From IMG/VR virus record IMGVR_UViG_3300009104_000006, positions 38,094 through 102,093 of that record: DNA of 64,000 bases, one strand, 5' to 3'. The notes beneath the pieces were generated by a model. The model worked only from the letters and a program-made list of their open reading frames with translations. It was not told where the DNA came from and made no database searches. This stretch comes from a virus. Below are positions 18,800 through 31,900 of the stretch, piece after piece. A program made the position numbers and the translations under genes. The first letter of the stretch is position 1, and the number at the start of each line of letters is the position of its first letter.

Positions 18800-21181
18800 T
18801 CATATTGTCATTGCTTGCCAAGAGATGCGCACGACTACCGCTTTACTGTTAGCCGTAGGCGTCACTTGTAATTCAACGTTCGCACCATCTATCGCTGCAT
18901 CATAACTTCCCTGTAACGTTCCATGACTCGTTACAACACCGTATGTGGTGAGATATGCCTCTGTTGCATTGACCGAATCCGTTCCATTATGCGTTAGAAC
19001 CATTTCAGCAGTTTCATATCTGGAATCGGTAGTATTCTGCACTTCAACAAGCACTTTCGCCGCTCTGAACTTCGTTTTATCAAAAAGAGTCACATCAATA
19101 GAAGTTGAAGTGCTTGAACTGCCTGTGCTATTCGTTGCATAGCCGAAACCAGTCTCCTTTACTTGGAATGTGGCCTCTGGGGAGGCTTGGAGTATACCGA
19201 CTTTATCTCCGGCAGTATCTACTTTGAGCACATTCGTGTCGATTGTAACATCTCCGCTTCCAGTGATGGTGCCAGTAGTAAGTGCATCGAGATACCCAGT
19301 GGCGAATCTGATGGTGTTAGAACCTAAGTTCAGCGCACTATCTGCACTTGGGTAAATATGCTGATTAAACGTCCAAGCATCATTGGCATCGACCCATGAT
19401 ATTGTCTTGTTAGTGCCACTCGATGATTCAAGAGTGATACCGCCTCCATCGACGGCAGCGTCGTTTCCTAAGCCATTACCGAGATTGATGTTTTTATCCT
19501 CCACGTCTATCGTAGCCACGTTCAATGTAGTAGTTGCTCCACTGACAATTAAATCACCAGTGACTGTGAGGTCATCGCTTACAGTAAGCGTTCCACTCGC
19601 TGGACCTATTGACGTAATGCCCGTTTGGGCGGCATCAAGATTCAAAACACCACTGGATGCTGAAATGCCTGTGCCAGCCATCGCAGTAGCCAAATCAGCA
19701 ATAGATTCTTTCTTGGAATTATTTGAGTCGTTAGCGTCAATGAATCCAATCGAATCGGCGGCGACATCCACAGCAGCAGCAGAAAGAGCATTCAAATTGG
19801 TGGCTATGGAATCCCCATCAAGAAGCACCTTTGAGGTATTGAAGTATAACCTTGAATCATCAGAATCGCGCCATAGAGTAGTTGCTGAACCCGGATTAGT
19901 AGCCGTGCCAGTGCCAAATTGCACACCCGTAGGCGCACTAATGAGGCCTGCTGTTGATACTACGCCTACAGTAAGAGTGTTCGTTCCAGCATTGTAGGTG
20001 AAGGCAGACTCGCCAGAGAATCCGCTTGACCCATCATTGTATTGAACATCACCAGTAGAGCCACCCGAAGCGCTCGAACTACTACTTGATGCGAATATCT
20101 TGACCCATGCGCTGCCGTTGTATGCAAATACTGCTGCTGACGCAGGACCAACGGTGGAATTGATACCAGACGGGTCGAATGCTATATTGTGAGTAGCAGA
20201 AGCAGCGTTGTTTACTGTCACCGTATGACTTGGAGGAAATGTGCCACTTGGCGTTAGTGTGATGTTACCAGTAGGCGTAGCATGAAAGAAGTTTGGCCCA
20301 TCGAATCTGAAAGTCTGCGAAGCATTACTCGTGCTAAGTTTGTCTGGACCGAGTCTGTATGACCTTCGCGCACCGCCTTGCTTACCACTGAAGTAAAGCA
20401 CGTTATCCCCAGCATTACTGTAAGACATCCACAGAGCGCCTAACTCACTGTTAGTCAGTGCACCATTTTCATCTCCACCTCCGTGAATACCATCTAAGTC
20501 AGTGTGCATGTCAACGCGATTTGAATCCGTAACAGTGGCTCCTACTGCACCTGTGCTTACGGGCGTCATGTAAATTGGTGATGGACGAAGGAAGGTCCGT
20601 CTGTCGAGTATCTCTCCTCCGGCTGTAGTCATATCCAAATCGCCTGTGCCGCTGGAATAGACACATTTCACTATTCCAAGAACCGTAGTTTGCTTAGACG
20701 AGAGTGAATTATTGGGGTCAGAAAGGAATCCTTCTGGAGTTACAGGATAACCGCTCGATACAGGAGTGCCCATTTCAACATAGATATTCTTCTTCGTATT
20801 ACTTCCATCAGAGCAGACATAGACTACTAAAAGAACAGACTGACCACTTGTTAAAGCAGATTGGCTCCCTTCTATACGACTATCTTCAAGCGTCACTGTG
20901 TAATCATCGGGCGCATTGCTATCGTAACCTCCTCCGAATGGCACTATGATGCCATCAATGACAGCATATCCACCCTTAATCGTCAATACATTGGTTGAAG
21001 CAGAAATAGCGCCGGGCATATTCGCAGGTGTATTTCTATCACCATCTCCTACTGCCCCGTCTTCTAATGCTAAGATTCCATTACCATGAAGCCCCTCATA
21101 GAGATTAGTGAAAGATGGAGAAAGTATGTAGTCTCCATCTGTTAGGCCCGTTGTATGTCCAGATTTCGTATTATCGCCCAT
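18800..21181 (-). CDS. Proximal tail fibre protein
   Basis: G/T/S-rich, G.VQYN..G.F.G motif, same type of C-terminal domain as the 15311 gene. Confidence 0.78.
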   Translation of the reverse strand: MGDNTKSGHTTGLTDGDYILSPSFTNLYEGLHGNGILALEDGAVGDGDRNTPANMPGAISASTNVLTIKGGYAVIDGIIVPFGGGYDSNAPDDYTVTLEDSRIEGSQSALTSGQSVLLVVYVCSDGSNTKKNIYVEMGTPVSSGYPVTPEGFLSDPNNSLSSKQTTVLGIVKCVYSSGTGDLDMTTAGGEILDRRTFLRPSPIYMTPVSTGAVGATVTDSNRVDMHTDLDGIHGGGDENGALTNSELGALWMSYSNAGDNVLYFSGKQGGARRSYRLGPDKLSTSNASQTFRFDGPNFFHATPTGNITLTPSGTFPPSHTVTVNNAASATHNIAFDPSGINSTVGPASAAVFAYNGSAWVKIFASSSSSSASGGSTGDVQYNDGSSGFSGESAFTYNAGTNTLTVGVVSTAGLISAPTGVQFGTGTATNPGSATTLWRDSDDSRLYFNTSKVLLDGDSIATNLNALSAAAVDVAADSIGFIDANDSNNSKKESIADLATAMAGTGISASSGVLNLDAAQTGITSIGPASGTLTVSDDLTVTGDLIVSGATTTLNVATIDVEDKNINLGNGLGNDAAVDGGGITLESSSGTNKTISWVDANDAWTFNQHIYPSADSALNLGSNTIRFATGYLDALTTGTITGSGDVTIDTNVLKVDTAGDKVGILQASPEATFQVKETGFGYATNSTGSSSTSTSIDVTLFDKTKFRAAKVLVEVQNTTDSRYETAEMVLTHNGTDSVNATEAYLTTYGVVTSHGTLQGSYDAAIDGANVELQVTPTANSKAVVVRISWQAMTI

Positions 21182-21185
21182 TTAC

Positions 21186-21530
21186 TCACTTCACTTCTAC
21201 TATCAATTGAATCTTCATTTCGTTATTTGCACTTTTCACTATTGGCCTGAAAACATGCCTTGTGATGGGTGTGAAACCGCTCGCTCCGCGTAACTGGACA
21301 TAGACTTCCTTCAAAGTCTCATCGAATGTATTTGCTATACCGAGTGTTCCTTCGACAAGAAGCGTCGCATTATCAATCACTTTTACCGTTGGAGTGATGG
21401 TAACGGCAGGACGACCTGCAGAGCCATCACCAGATGTTGCTGGAGTGCCATCGAATCCTATCACCATCTCATTGATGTTCGATGCAATCGTATCAATCAT
21501 CAATCTCTTCAAATGGTCGTTTGCTGGCAT
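21186..21530 (-). CDS. Hypothetical baseplate-associated protein
   Basis: 114-aa ORF coupled between the hub-like gene and the fibres. Confidence 0.65.
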   Translation of the reverse strand: MPANDHLKRLMIDTIASNINEMVIGFDGTPATSGDGSAGRPAVTITPTVKVIDNATLLVEGTLGIANTFDETLKEVYVQLRGASGFTPITRHVFRPIVKSANNEMKIQLIVEVK

Positions 21531-22942
21531 TAACTTTCACCTCGCATGATTACTGCGGCACTCTTGTTCAAGCCCATAGGCTTGTAGTTTTTACCGATTC
21601 TCCCTCTTTCGGCATTTTTTCCAATTATAAGCCCAGAAGACGACACTTGTCTTAATGTGATTATTGGTGTTATGAAAACATCCAATGAATCAAAGAAGGA
21701 AAGATTCTCATCCACAATCTGACTACTTTTATCTGGATTTTCAATTGAACCTCTTGAGATGCTACCGCTTGTGATATTCTGTAATACGCCCTCTATACCA
21801 GTATCTAACGTCAAGAATGTAAAATCACTCGTCTTATTACTCAACTTGTGTTTTGATTCCATTACTACATACATATTATTGCCATATTCAACTACACTAC
21901 CCGGTCTCAAATCCCAAGCATCTGGATGTCCATTTGTTACAATAGCCCCTCTCATAATCGAGTTTGCTTTCAATATCTGTCTTGCGACCTTCTTTGCACT
22001 CTGCACGCTGCTTATCGACGCATCATATATTGGTGTGGTGTTTTCGAGAATGTCTGTATCGAACTTACCCTGCTGTCTTGCACCATCGTCCATAGTAAGT
22101 ATCAATTTCTCATTCAGAGCAATGGCCTCGCCCTGCACAGTAATTCGATTCTCTGTATTTTCCACTGGGCTTCTATCTTCACTCCCAGTTCTAAATTGTG
22201 GATTTAGTTGTTTAATTCCGCTTGAAAAGTTGAATGGCACGTATTGTAGTGCACCATGGCGATTGAATATCGAAATCCTGTTATCATGACGAGAGATGAA
22301 TCTTAATGCAGATAGCAGATTAACACCATTGAAATCTGCAGCAAGATACGTATTGCTTACCTTTCTTCTATTTTTACCCAAGTTCGCTATTGTGGGTGAT
22401 TCGCCTATCGTCACAGCAGTGATGGTGCCAGTGATAGAATTACCCAGTTTCATTGCCAAATCCGTTGTTCTCAACCCTACATCGACAATTTGACCAAAAC
22501 GCAGTGCTTCTTCATCGAACCCTAAATCCTTCAATGTGCTACCTTTCAGATTCCTCACATTCACCCTTAATCCAGAAGTCGTGCTTTCATTACTACCTCC
22601 TATGATTCTATTCAACGGCTTATTTACACCATACATCAGAGATGTAGGCGCGTCTTTTCCTTTTCCTGTCCAGATAGTGCCTTTCAATGAGTGCCCATCT
22701 GTTTCGTTATGGGTGATATGCATACCAGATTCTGATTCTACAAATGTATATGTCTTTTCTGTCGCTAAATCGTAGTTCTGAGCATTCCTTGTCTCAATTG
22801 TAATTTTGCTCTTATTGCTACTTTGAGGTTGAATCTTAGCATAATGAACTGCATTATCTACGAATACAGGCTGTCTAACATCGTTCATTACTGAAGTGAG
22901 AGTGGTATCGAAACGACCAACAGAAGATTGTATTAGTGTCAT
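21530..22942 (-). CDS. Putative baseplate hub / tail protein
   Basis: Position after the giant tail gene. C-terminal A.K.A..IL...G.P....LRPG.V.....Y.V....H pattern resembles hub proteins. Confidence 0.6.
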   Translation of the reverse strand: MTLIQSSVGRFDTTLTSVMNDVRQPVFVDNAVHYAKIQPQSSNKSKITIETRNAQNYDLATEKTYTFVESESGMHITHNETDGHSLKGTIWTGKGKDAPTSLMYGVNKPLNRIIGGSNESTTSGLRVNVRNLKGSTLKDLGFDEEALRFGQIVDVGLRTTDLAMKLGNSITGTITAVTIGESPTIANLGKNRRKVSNTYLAADFNGVNLLSALRFISRHDNRISIFNRHGALQYVPFNFSSGIKQLNPQFRTGSEDRSPVENTENRITVQGEAIALNEKLILTMDDGARQQGKFDTDILENTTPIYDASISSVQSAKKVARQILKANSIMRGAIVTNGHPDAWDLRPGSVVEYGNNMYVVMESKHKLSNKTSDFTFLTLDTGIEGVLQNITSGSISRGSIENPDKSSQIVDENLSFFDSLDVFITPIITLRQVSSSGLIIGKNAERGRIGKNYKPMGLNKSAAVIMRGES

Positions 22943-25900
22943 GCTCCATCCCCACTATGGTCTGTAATGCTAAATGAAATGTCCCCTTTGTGCCCCTTAG
23001 AATGCAACGCTTGACTAAATCTTGGCTTAACAGAGAAGTCCATTCGCTTCATTTCGTCATCTGTATCTTCTTCTTGCCGCCTTCTTGGAGCATCGGAACG
23101 ATGATGTTGTAGCGTATTATCAGAAATGACTAATCTACTCACTGTCGAGTTTAGACTCTCCTTGTCGAATCCAGAAACTTCTGTTCCGGGTAGTTTAGGA
23201 CCGAAACTCGTTGGTGCCGTGAAAGCCCCTGTGGGGTCGAATACGAATACTGGCAAGTAAGGCCCATTACCGTCCGGTAAACTTCTTCCAGATGCCAGAT
23301 TCCCAGTGGCTGCTCTTCCATTACTAACTTCATACGTAAAGAGACCATATTTTCCACCAGATGATGCAAAGAGGTAATTCTGGTCGTATTGAGGAGTGCC
23401 AGTAACAATTGAATTATGAATGCGATATACCTCTGTATGTTTAGAGTCTAAGGTTCTAATTGGTCGAAGTAAGAACTTTACATTCTTGTCTTTTTCGTTG
23501 TTTCTCACTGATTTTGAGGTGTAGTCATCTGCATCTTGATATGGATTGCTCGTATCATTACTTCCCGTCAATGAAGCCACTCCCCAATTCGTATCATCAA
23601 ACAATCCAGCATAGTTGCTTGCATCTAACACATAGGAACCGCCATAGGGTCTGAATGCGTTAGTGTGAGAATAGCGATGCACTGCACTTACAGGAGAGCC
23701 ATTATTCTGTCTTCCAAATGCGCCACCTGTGTAATCGACATCGGCTATCGTATTAGTTCCAACTTGGAATCCACCATGAAGAACGACGCGCTGACCTACA
23801 TTTCTGTCTGTATGAAGACTATGTGCCTCAGTATTGATAGCAATGTGATTTTGCTCTATTCCTTCAGTCACTTCAGCGTCTATTCCAATTCTGGGACTTG
23901 TTCTTGATATTGCATCCTTATGAGGAGAAACGCCTACAAACTCTTCGATTCTATCACTTGCGACAGCCTCTGGCTTCAGTAACCCATTACTGTCTATCGC
24001 TAATTTAGCACTAATTCCCCTCTTGACTTCATCGGCTTGCAGTATAGCGTTACGGGGACGTAGCAAACCATCTCCAAAGAGCGGTTCGGCAGTATTATGA
24101 CTCAAGACTACACCCGTTTTGTGGATAGGGGCCGAAAGTTCAGTAAGCACATCCTCATTAAATCGCGTTGGATAACGCACGCCACGACCATTACCCATAT
24201 CTCCCACACGCATAGAGTGAGTTGGCGCAAATACATCTACCAAATCATGGCCTGTATTAGTTGCATGTAAGTTCACATCGTTGTTTGTGCCACCAAATCT
24301 CGGTATCGTAGTCGTCACACTCACATTGCCGTTAGATAGATTAGCCACCCCCTTCATATTGAAAATTGGTTTAGCATTATTCCAAATTCTCCGATATGGG
24401 CTTCTGCTATTCCTTCTATCGTTCTCATAAGCGTCACCACAGTCCCATGCCGGTCTAATGCCGAATCCACGCACTGGAGCACGCCTTACATCCTCTCCTC
24501 GCTCGTTGCCCCACCAATCCACCAGATAATACTGAGAGGCCTCAGATAGGCTTGTTTTGTCCATAGCCACTTCATCTCCCCACCAGTCTCTTTGAGTTCC
24601 TGCGTTATTGGTTAGTGTTCTCACAGGAGTCCCAAAGGGTCTGGTCATCCTTCTACCGTCGCTATAACGCACTTGCCAGTCCGCTTGGTCTTGAGCCAAC
24701 ATTCCTGTGAAATTGGTCTGTCTTTCCATAATTCCAACATATGTGGTAGGATGAGTCGCATTGGAAAGTCCCGAACCGCCTGCATAAGTCCATGTCGCAG
24801 TTTCAGTCTGAACCAGTGGCCCAGCGTCATAATCAAGAGTTTTGATGCCAGACCCGGTTGGATTTGTTTCATAGACTGCTCTGGTCGGACTGAGACCGTA
24901 TGTAGGCCTGTTACAGGCTTGACGTATAGCGTTACGGTAGCCATACGGTTTTCTTCGAGAAGAGCCCATAGCGGCCGTTGTGATGCCCGAAGAGACAGAA
25001 TAACTGCCGTCATCATCGCTATCTACCCATTCTCGAAGGTCGCTGGAAGTGAAATTGGGATTTCCATCGCTGTGATTGTGCACATTCCAAGATGCGCTTG
25101 CAAAACTGAAAAGGTCAAGTTTGCTGACATGAGGGCCGCCACGACTTCCACAAGGCCAAAAACCACTCAACATTACATCGGTTCCTCCCGCTTGATGGTC
25201 AGTGCCAGTTGTAGCGGCAACTGTTTCTCCTGTCTTCGATATGTTAGGTGTCATAATTAGGAAGTCAAATGGTCCGGCACTCATAGCATGTGTAAAATCA
25301 TGATAATGTATAGTCTCAAAGTGTTCTGGTATTGAATTATACGATGCTTTATCCACAGCAACACTTCCCCAAGTAGTTCGACTATCTGAGAAATACGTAT
25401 TTGGCCTTCCTAAATTAGGATGCCACATACATAGGAAAGCATCTGGTGTATAAGATGAATATGTATCACGATTACCATTCACTATATCTGGTAGTATATT
25501 CGCAAATACACTCTTCTTTCTATCTGTAAGTAGTTTACTTGCAGATAATGTATTGTATGAATGTGATAATCGTAGTTCTGCACCATCGTATATATTGTCC
25601 CAGAAATTATCTGAACCCGATTTAGCAGCCAAATAGATGGTATTCGGCACATTCACATTTGCAGCATCATTACCGCTTCTCTTTGTATACGGTTTAGAAT
25701 AGATATCTCCATTCTTTGCCGTGTATTCAATCTCCTGAGCGTAATGAGAGGTTAATGGGAATAGATTTGCATTGTCTACGGTAATTGTCCCACCTGTATT
25801 GAAGGATTCAACAATGCATTTTGGATTAAGGCTGACAATTTGTCGTAGTTTAGAGTATATGTCAAGGTATGTTGAGGTATATCCATTGATAGTTTGTTGA

Positions 25901-28900
25901 TTGCCTATACTTCCAAACCCATTTCTTGAATACATGAAGTAATCATCCGGTGCATATTGCGATAGTTTTCGGAAGTTGGACGCGGGCACTCCGTTCTTGT
26001 GAAGTATACTCCACCATGGTATGTGTAATGTGTGACCCGGTGAAGAGTCTGAGAACATAGTTGAGTAAGGAAACCCTCTTCTTGTGAATGCAGGAGACTC
26101 CGTCATCTGTATTCCATGTGCATTATGAAGCATTAGTGGAGGTATATTTGTGAATTGACTACCGAAATCAGGATTGACATCAAGCATAGCCTCATTGATG
26201 AATACCTCACAACCTCGCACATCTGCTTGTGTGGCTTTTGCTAAAACTAATGTCAGCCCACCTTTTGCAGTGCTCTCATTGATGCCTATCACTGTGTTTA
26301 CTTGCTGACTGGTAAGTTCTGTAGTGCTGTTGTTGTGGAAACCAACAAGTTGGTTGTTGAACAGATTTGGTTGTATGATGATTTGGTAGGCTCCAACTTC
26401 AGCAGGGTCTGGGAAATGCCTTGCGAGTGTGTAGTTGGCTGCGGCTTCGAGAACGATGCTATGTCCGCCCGCTTTGTTCACTGCACCCGCTAATGACCCA
26501 GCAGAAGCCAAAATACCATAACCGTCATACTTCAAGCCTGTTTCAAACATCAAAGTGAATGCTCCACCATGAATATCGCTTGGGCCAGAAGGTGCTGCGT
26601 TTATGCCACTGAAGTTGATTTCAGCATCCATTGGATGAGTATTGTCTTGCAGTGACGTGCTTTCTGTTCCGCCATATTGCGTTACCATAGAATTGTTGAT
26701 ACCCGATTTCTTGTTAATTGCAGTGGCGTGTTCGTTGAAACGAGCGGAATCTGTGAATCCAACACTCATGTTGTAATCGGCAAGATGACGATTATACAGA
26801 CTCTGATATGCAGGATGAGCCCAGTGTCCGGGCAGCATGGGCATTGTGGGCGTGATGAAGTGATGTCCCATTCTGGGATATGGCATAGGCGTCATCTTTG
26901 GTTTACTGTATGCATTGTATGCTATCGTATCACTGGCAAAATAGCGCGTATGGGCCATATCTGGGGAATTTCCAGATACTTCAGCATGGTCACGTAAGCG
27001 TCTTGACGCAAAGAAACGCGTGCTTCCACCGGGTATATAGTAAGATGGAACAACTTTCAGAGCAGTAGTTGTGTTTTCCGCCATAAAGGCAGTAAAATCA
27101 ACATCTCCTACAATCTCCATGGTTGTATCATTTTCAGCAAGATATGAGCAAACAACTCCTTCATCCGTTATGGGATTATACACTCTGAGGAACTTTCTTC
27201 CGTCCTTCGCCTCTTTCGTTCCAAATCCTGCATTGAAAACCTCAGTATTCAGTGCCCCGTCTATTGTAAGAACGCCAGTCTCAGCATTCCAATTATTTGC
27301 ACCAAGTGTTTGTGTAACCGATACACTATCGTTTACCACACCGTTAGTATGACTGTAAATAGTCGGATAACGATGAGTGTGACTGTGTCCCATCTTACAG
27401 ACATGGAAGAATAGAGTCCTATCATGTAATTCGTAGGACGTATGTAGTGGCTCGTTATTTACCCATGCTCCTACTTCAGAATCGAATGTTATGGGGTCTA
27501 TTCTCTCCCAATTATGGTCTTCGTATGTCGGCCCTTTTCTTGGCCCTGCTACACTGTTATCGAAAAGATGGCCTATTGTGTCGGCACCTAAATCTGGGTG
27601 TATCATACCTCCCGTTCCCATAGTTTCGTTCTGATAGGCTTGCAGTGGGTCGAATCCTGAGCGCACTACGATATTTCCCGGTATGGAATCGGGATTCGGT
27701 AGTTGCACTTTGAGATTAGGAGTCTTTCCAGAGTTAGCGAGTGCTGGTCCGTTGCCTTTCACACCACGATTTTCCGGCGTGCGGAAGCCACGTATGATAG
27801 TCCCCAGCGGACTACCACCCTCTATCTTGTGTATTTGCCCCGCATCGTCTGTTACAGTAATACTCTGGAATTGTATCTCTTCATTCGGTATGGTAAGCAC
27901 ATTCCCCACCTTGTATGGGTGTTTTCTCAGCAACTCAGGGTGTGCAAGTTCCTGTGCCTGTAATACAGGTAGCATAGCGCTATTTGTTGTCTCGAAAGTA
28001 AATCTAACATTCCCATACAATTTCTCTCCTGTAGTATAGGCTGTGTTATTCTTCACCCTCGTCATCCACGGCACTGCACCAAGGCCTCGTGCATTGATAG
28101 TGGGTAAACTGAGATTGCCGCCATCCATTCTTTTCCAAACTATGTGTTCTACTGAGAAGTTTTTCGCTGCTGAATTTTTATACATGTCAAATGCATTCAC
28201 ATCCCCCATCCAATACTCGTTAGGATAGTTTCCGCTCACGGTATAGGAATATCCAGTGCCGTCCATATCTTGATGGTTAGCAGATACATTACGTTCCGCA
28301 TCTCCACTTTCAAGAAGCACAGAACCAACAGAGTAGTCTAAATCGAAGAGTAAATCACCAGTCTTAGCGCGTCCGGGTGTTGCGTTTTTGAGATTGAGGT
28401 CATCTGATACTGCACCGTGGAAATATGTCCCAACATCTCCATTGAATGGAGCATCAGAGGAATTGTCTGCGAAAGCATTTGCTATCGTTGGAACAGTTGT
28501 GCTATCGTTGTGCTGTTCGCCGTGGTCTACAATTAGAGCCTCTACATTCGGACCAGCATTCGCGGGCGCAATAAAGCGGTCTTGACCGTGGAATCTTTCA
28601 TCCCATAGTGTAGTTCCAGCATAATGGATGGGGTCAGTTCCTTCACCCTTAACGTGTAACCAATCACCTGTAGCAGTAATTGCGTCTCTATCGAACTTCG
28701 CTATCAAAGAACTTTCAGAATTGTAACTGACTACGAGGAATGCATTGCTATACAATCCCTGTGGCAATGAGAGTTCCTTTGGTAAAGTAGTCGATATCTC
28801 GTAATTTGTGGGTTTTGCCCATTGGTTTGAGTTATCCGTAGTATCTGTGTCCTTGAAGTAGCCTTGTCCATTAGCAGGCGTTCGCCCATTAGCATCTAAT

Positions 28901-31900
28901 GTATAATTTGTATACAGACTTGCCTTCGTGATGTAAGTATCAAGGTTATCTCCTGCGCCATTGATGGTAGGAGTGCTTTCGGGACTATGTCGCATAGGAG
29001 CAACTACTGGAACCGTGCCGTATGTGCTCATAACGGAGCCAGCAGAGCCGTATGGTGAGAATCCCAGCATTGAATGATATGCTCCTAATCCAGCAGCATA
29101 TCCGGTTGCTGTAGTAGTCGAATCATTCTTCGTTACGCTGGTGCTTATCTTGAGACTATTGAGATATGAATACCGCTCCCCATGCCAACCGGCCACACCT
29201 ACTGGCCTCGTCCTGTCTATTGCATCAACTATGCCTGAGAAGTGAACTTGCGTCATGTGGTCTCGTGCACTTACATCTTCGTTGTTGAATTGCATTATTC
29301 CGGCTTTACTCCAAACATACAGATTACCACTCAAAGTCGTAGGATTGCTATTTGCATTGCTTGCTTTGTGATTAGCCCATGTAGTATCATACTCAAATAC
29401 AGTCTGGCCTCTTATCGCATTAGGTGCAAGATGGAATCTTACTTTCCAATTACCTCCTGAAGCAATTACGTCACGAGAGTGATATACTGCCCAACCGGGG
29501 TCTACAGAATCCCCTTCACTGTCGTCATCAGTATTAACTCTCAACCAACCCGAAGCGGGAATTTGCTCCAATAACGTTTGGCTGGCATTTGCTGCGCTTT
29601 CGACATATTGCGGATAGGTGCTATGATTGTAAGAGCCAACAGTGCCTAAATCTACCCATCCATAGCGGTCTTGTCGCATTGCATTACCCATAGAAGGCAT
29701 GTGAGTGCCTCCCATACTCTTGAGTGCTCCAGCACCGGGGAAAGCGTTGATGGCTGCTCCTACCACAGTTGCGAGTTCTTCTCCATTCTGACATCTTGTC
29801 CCATCTATCAGGATGTATTCGTTCTTGGTGTTTCCAATTGAGAAATCTGTGCTACTACCGATATAATCCTGTATTGTAGCCATTAGGGGTCCAGCGACTC
29901 TGAAAGCAGTAGGATGAATCTGGTTATCTCTTGTCCATGTGCTTGATGAATTACCACCAGTAATCCGAGTATTCTTCTTTGGATGAACTGGATTAAACGT
30001 AAACTGATTATCTAACCAAGACCCACCTGCGTGGAAACCCCCATCCATATGGAATACCGTATCGGCACCCATCGTGATGCCGTAACCGATGAGTGGAACA
30101 TGCATTTTAGGATGCACTTGCTCGAAATCCTCTGCATTGTGTATTGAGTCATCATTCAACAACTGACCATACATCCTACCATGCTCCGGTCTCTGGAACA
30201 AGCCCGCACTACCACTGTTAGCCGAGTTCTTCCAACAATATCCAGCAGGAGTTTCCCAATTCACCATCGCTTTCCAATGGAAGCCAGCAGTAGCATTGTA
30301 GTATGTTTTCGAGTGCGGTCTATACTTTCCTTGGTCATTGACTATCGAGTTCGGGAACTTATTGTTAGAACCGCCTAAAGAGGGCACGCTTGCCCAAGAA
30401 TTGCCAGTATAGATGATTCTACCAGAGAAAGGCTCCAGTGTGTTGTGGCCCGAAGCAGCATCTGCGACTTCTTGTGTGAATGGGAATGCCTGCCCCGGTC
30501 CAAAGATGATATATGTCGTCTTGTTATCGGTATCTATTCCATCGACGTGGTCTTCATAACGTGCTGTAGGATGAGTGAATCGTAATACGAGAGGAACTGG
30601 TTTGGCCTTTATCTCCCCTGTGCTGGCGTAAAGTGAGCCCCCTCTACCCAAATCCGGTGAGAGTATATTGTCTCGATTGAATGCTGGTGGATTGATACTA
30701 CCTCTGTGTTGGTTGCAGAGAGCCGCACCGGGGAAGAAGGCAAACATAGCATTACAGTCCATCATAGCGAAACTGGTAGATATCTCGTTAGCGTTCTGTA
30801 TACCAGCCACTCCCGTTGGACCATTAGCGTATGGATGTGTGTAGAATGTGGAGTAGTCATTATTAGTGCCATCATTCACATCGAGCGTAACGCCGCTGAA
30901 TCCGCCTCCGAAGTAAAGAGGCACGCTGTGGTCGCTGCTGCTTTTTCCCCCTCTGAAATATACAACCGGCTCTGAGAAGACACTACCTATGGAGCGCAGT
31001 CCATCGAAATCTCTGTTATTGCTAAGTGATAGAAGATTATTCCAATATGGTGCGTCTCTTGTTATGTTACCTTCAGCGTTTTCGATATCCCAAGAAAGCA
31101 CGGTTGAACTGGTTGCTCCCCTCTTACTCTCAGCGAAAAGAGAATCCTTCTCATTCAACCATACTCTCTTTTTCTCTCCGAATGATGGGATATTACCCGA
31201 ATCATTTCCAGCGGGTATCATAAAGTGGAACATGGCAGCGCCGAGTGTTGCGCTTAAGAGCCAATCCACTCCACCAGCAGAACCAGTCAGCCTTTTATTT
31301 ACAACAGTAGCATCGGCTAAATTCGTCTGGATTCCGCCCCCTATCGTAAATGAAGATGTGCCACCTGTTGCAGTGACTTCTCCTATCACTCTTCCATCCG
31401 TCGTGGCAAGTATATCTCCTATTGCTACTGAATTGGCATTTCCCGCATCTATTGCTATTGCACCCGTCCAACCTATGGGATATCCATTGGCGTTATCCAC
31501 TTCCATTTGAGTAAAGGATGCCCAACCCATATTTAGCACAGAATGTGGAGTATCAATATGCGGTAAGATATGGTCGCCGGACGACCTCGTATATCGTATA
31601 CCCTTAAGATTCTCTCTCCATTCATTGATATTGACTGGAGTATTCTTAGAATCGACCAGATTAGGTGTTGCGGTATTAGCATGAGGGCCGCGCGCAATGG
31701 AACGAATCTGCAAGAGGGTATAGGGAATGTAACCGCAGTCTATGCCTCTGCTATCATCTATCAATGCGTCTGTGACTGCACGAGATGTGCCGAAAGCCCA
31801 ATCTGCCGTTCCCGTTGGCCTCGTTACTTTCTCTATCTCTCCGAACTCAAGATGTGCTGCTTGAATGCCAAAATCACGATGGAGAGAAGCAGAAAACGCC

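Noticed and set aside
12889-21181. Diversity-generating retroelement or invertible fibre switch
   Set aside because: No reverse transcriptase or recombinase was seen, and the duplicated segments differ at synonymous sites rather than at adenines only.
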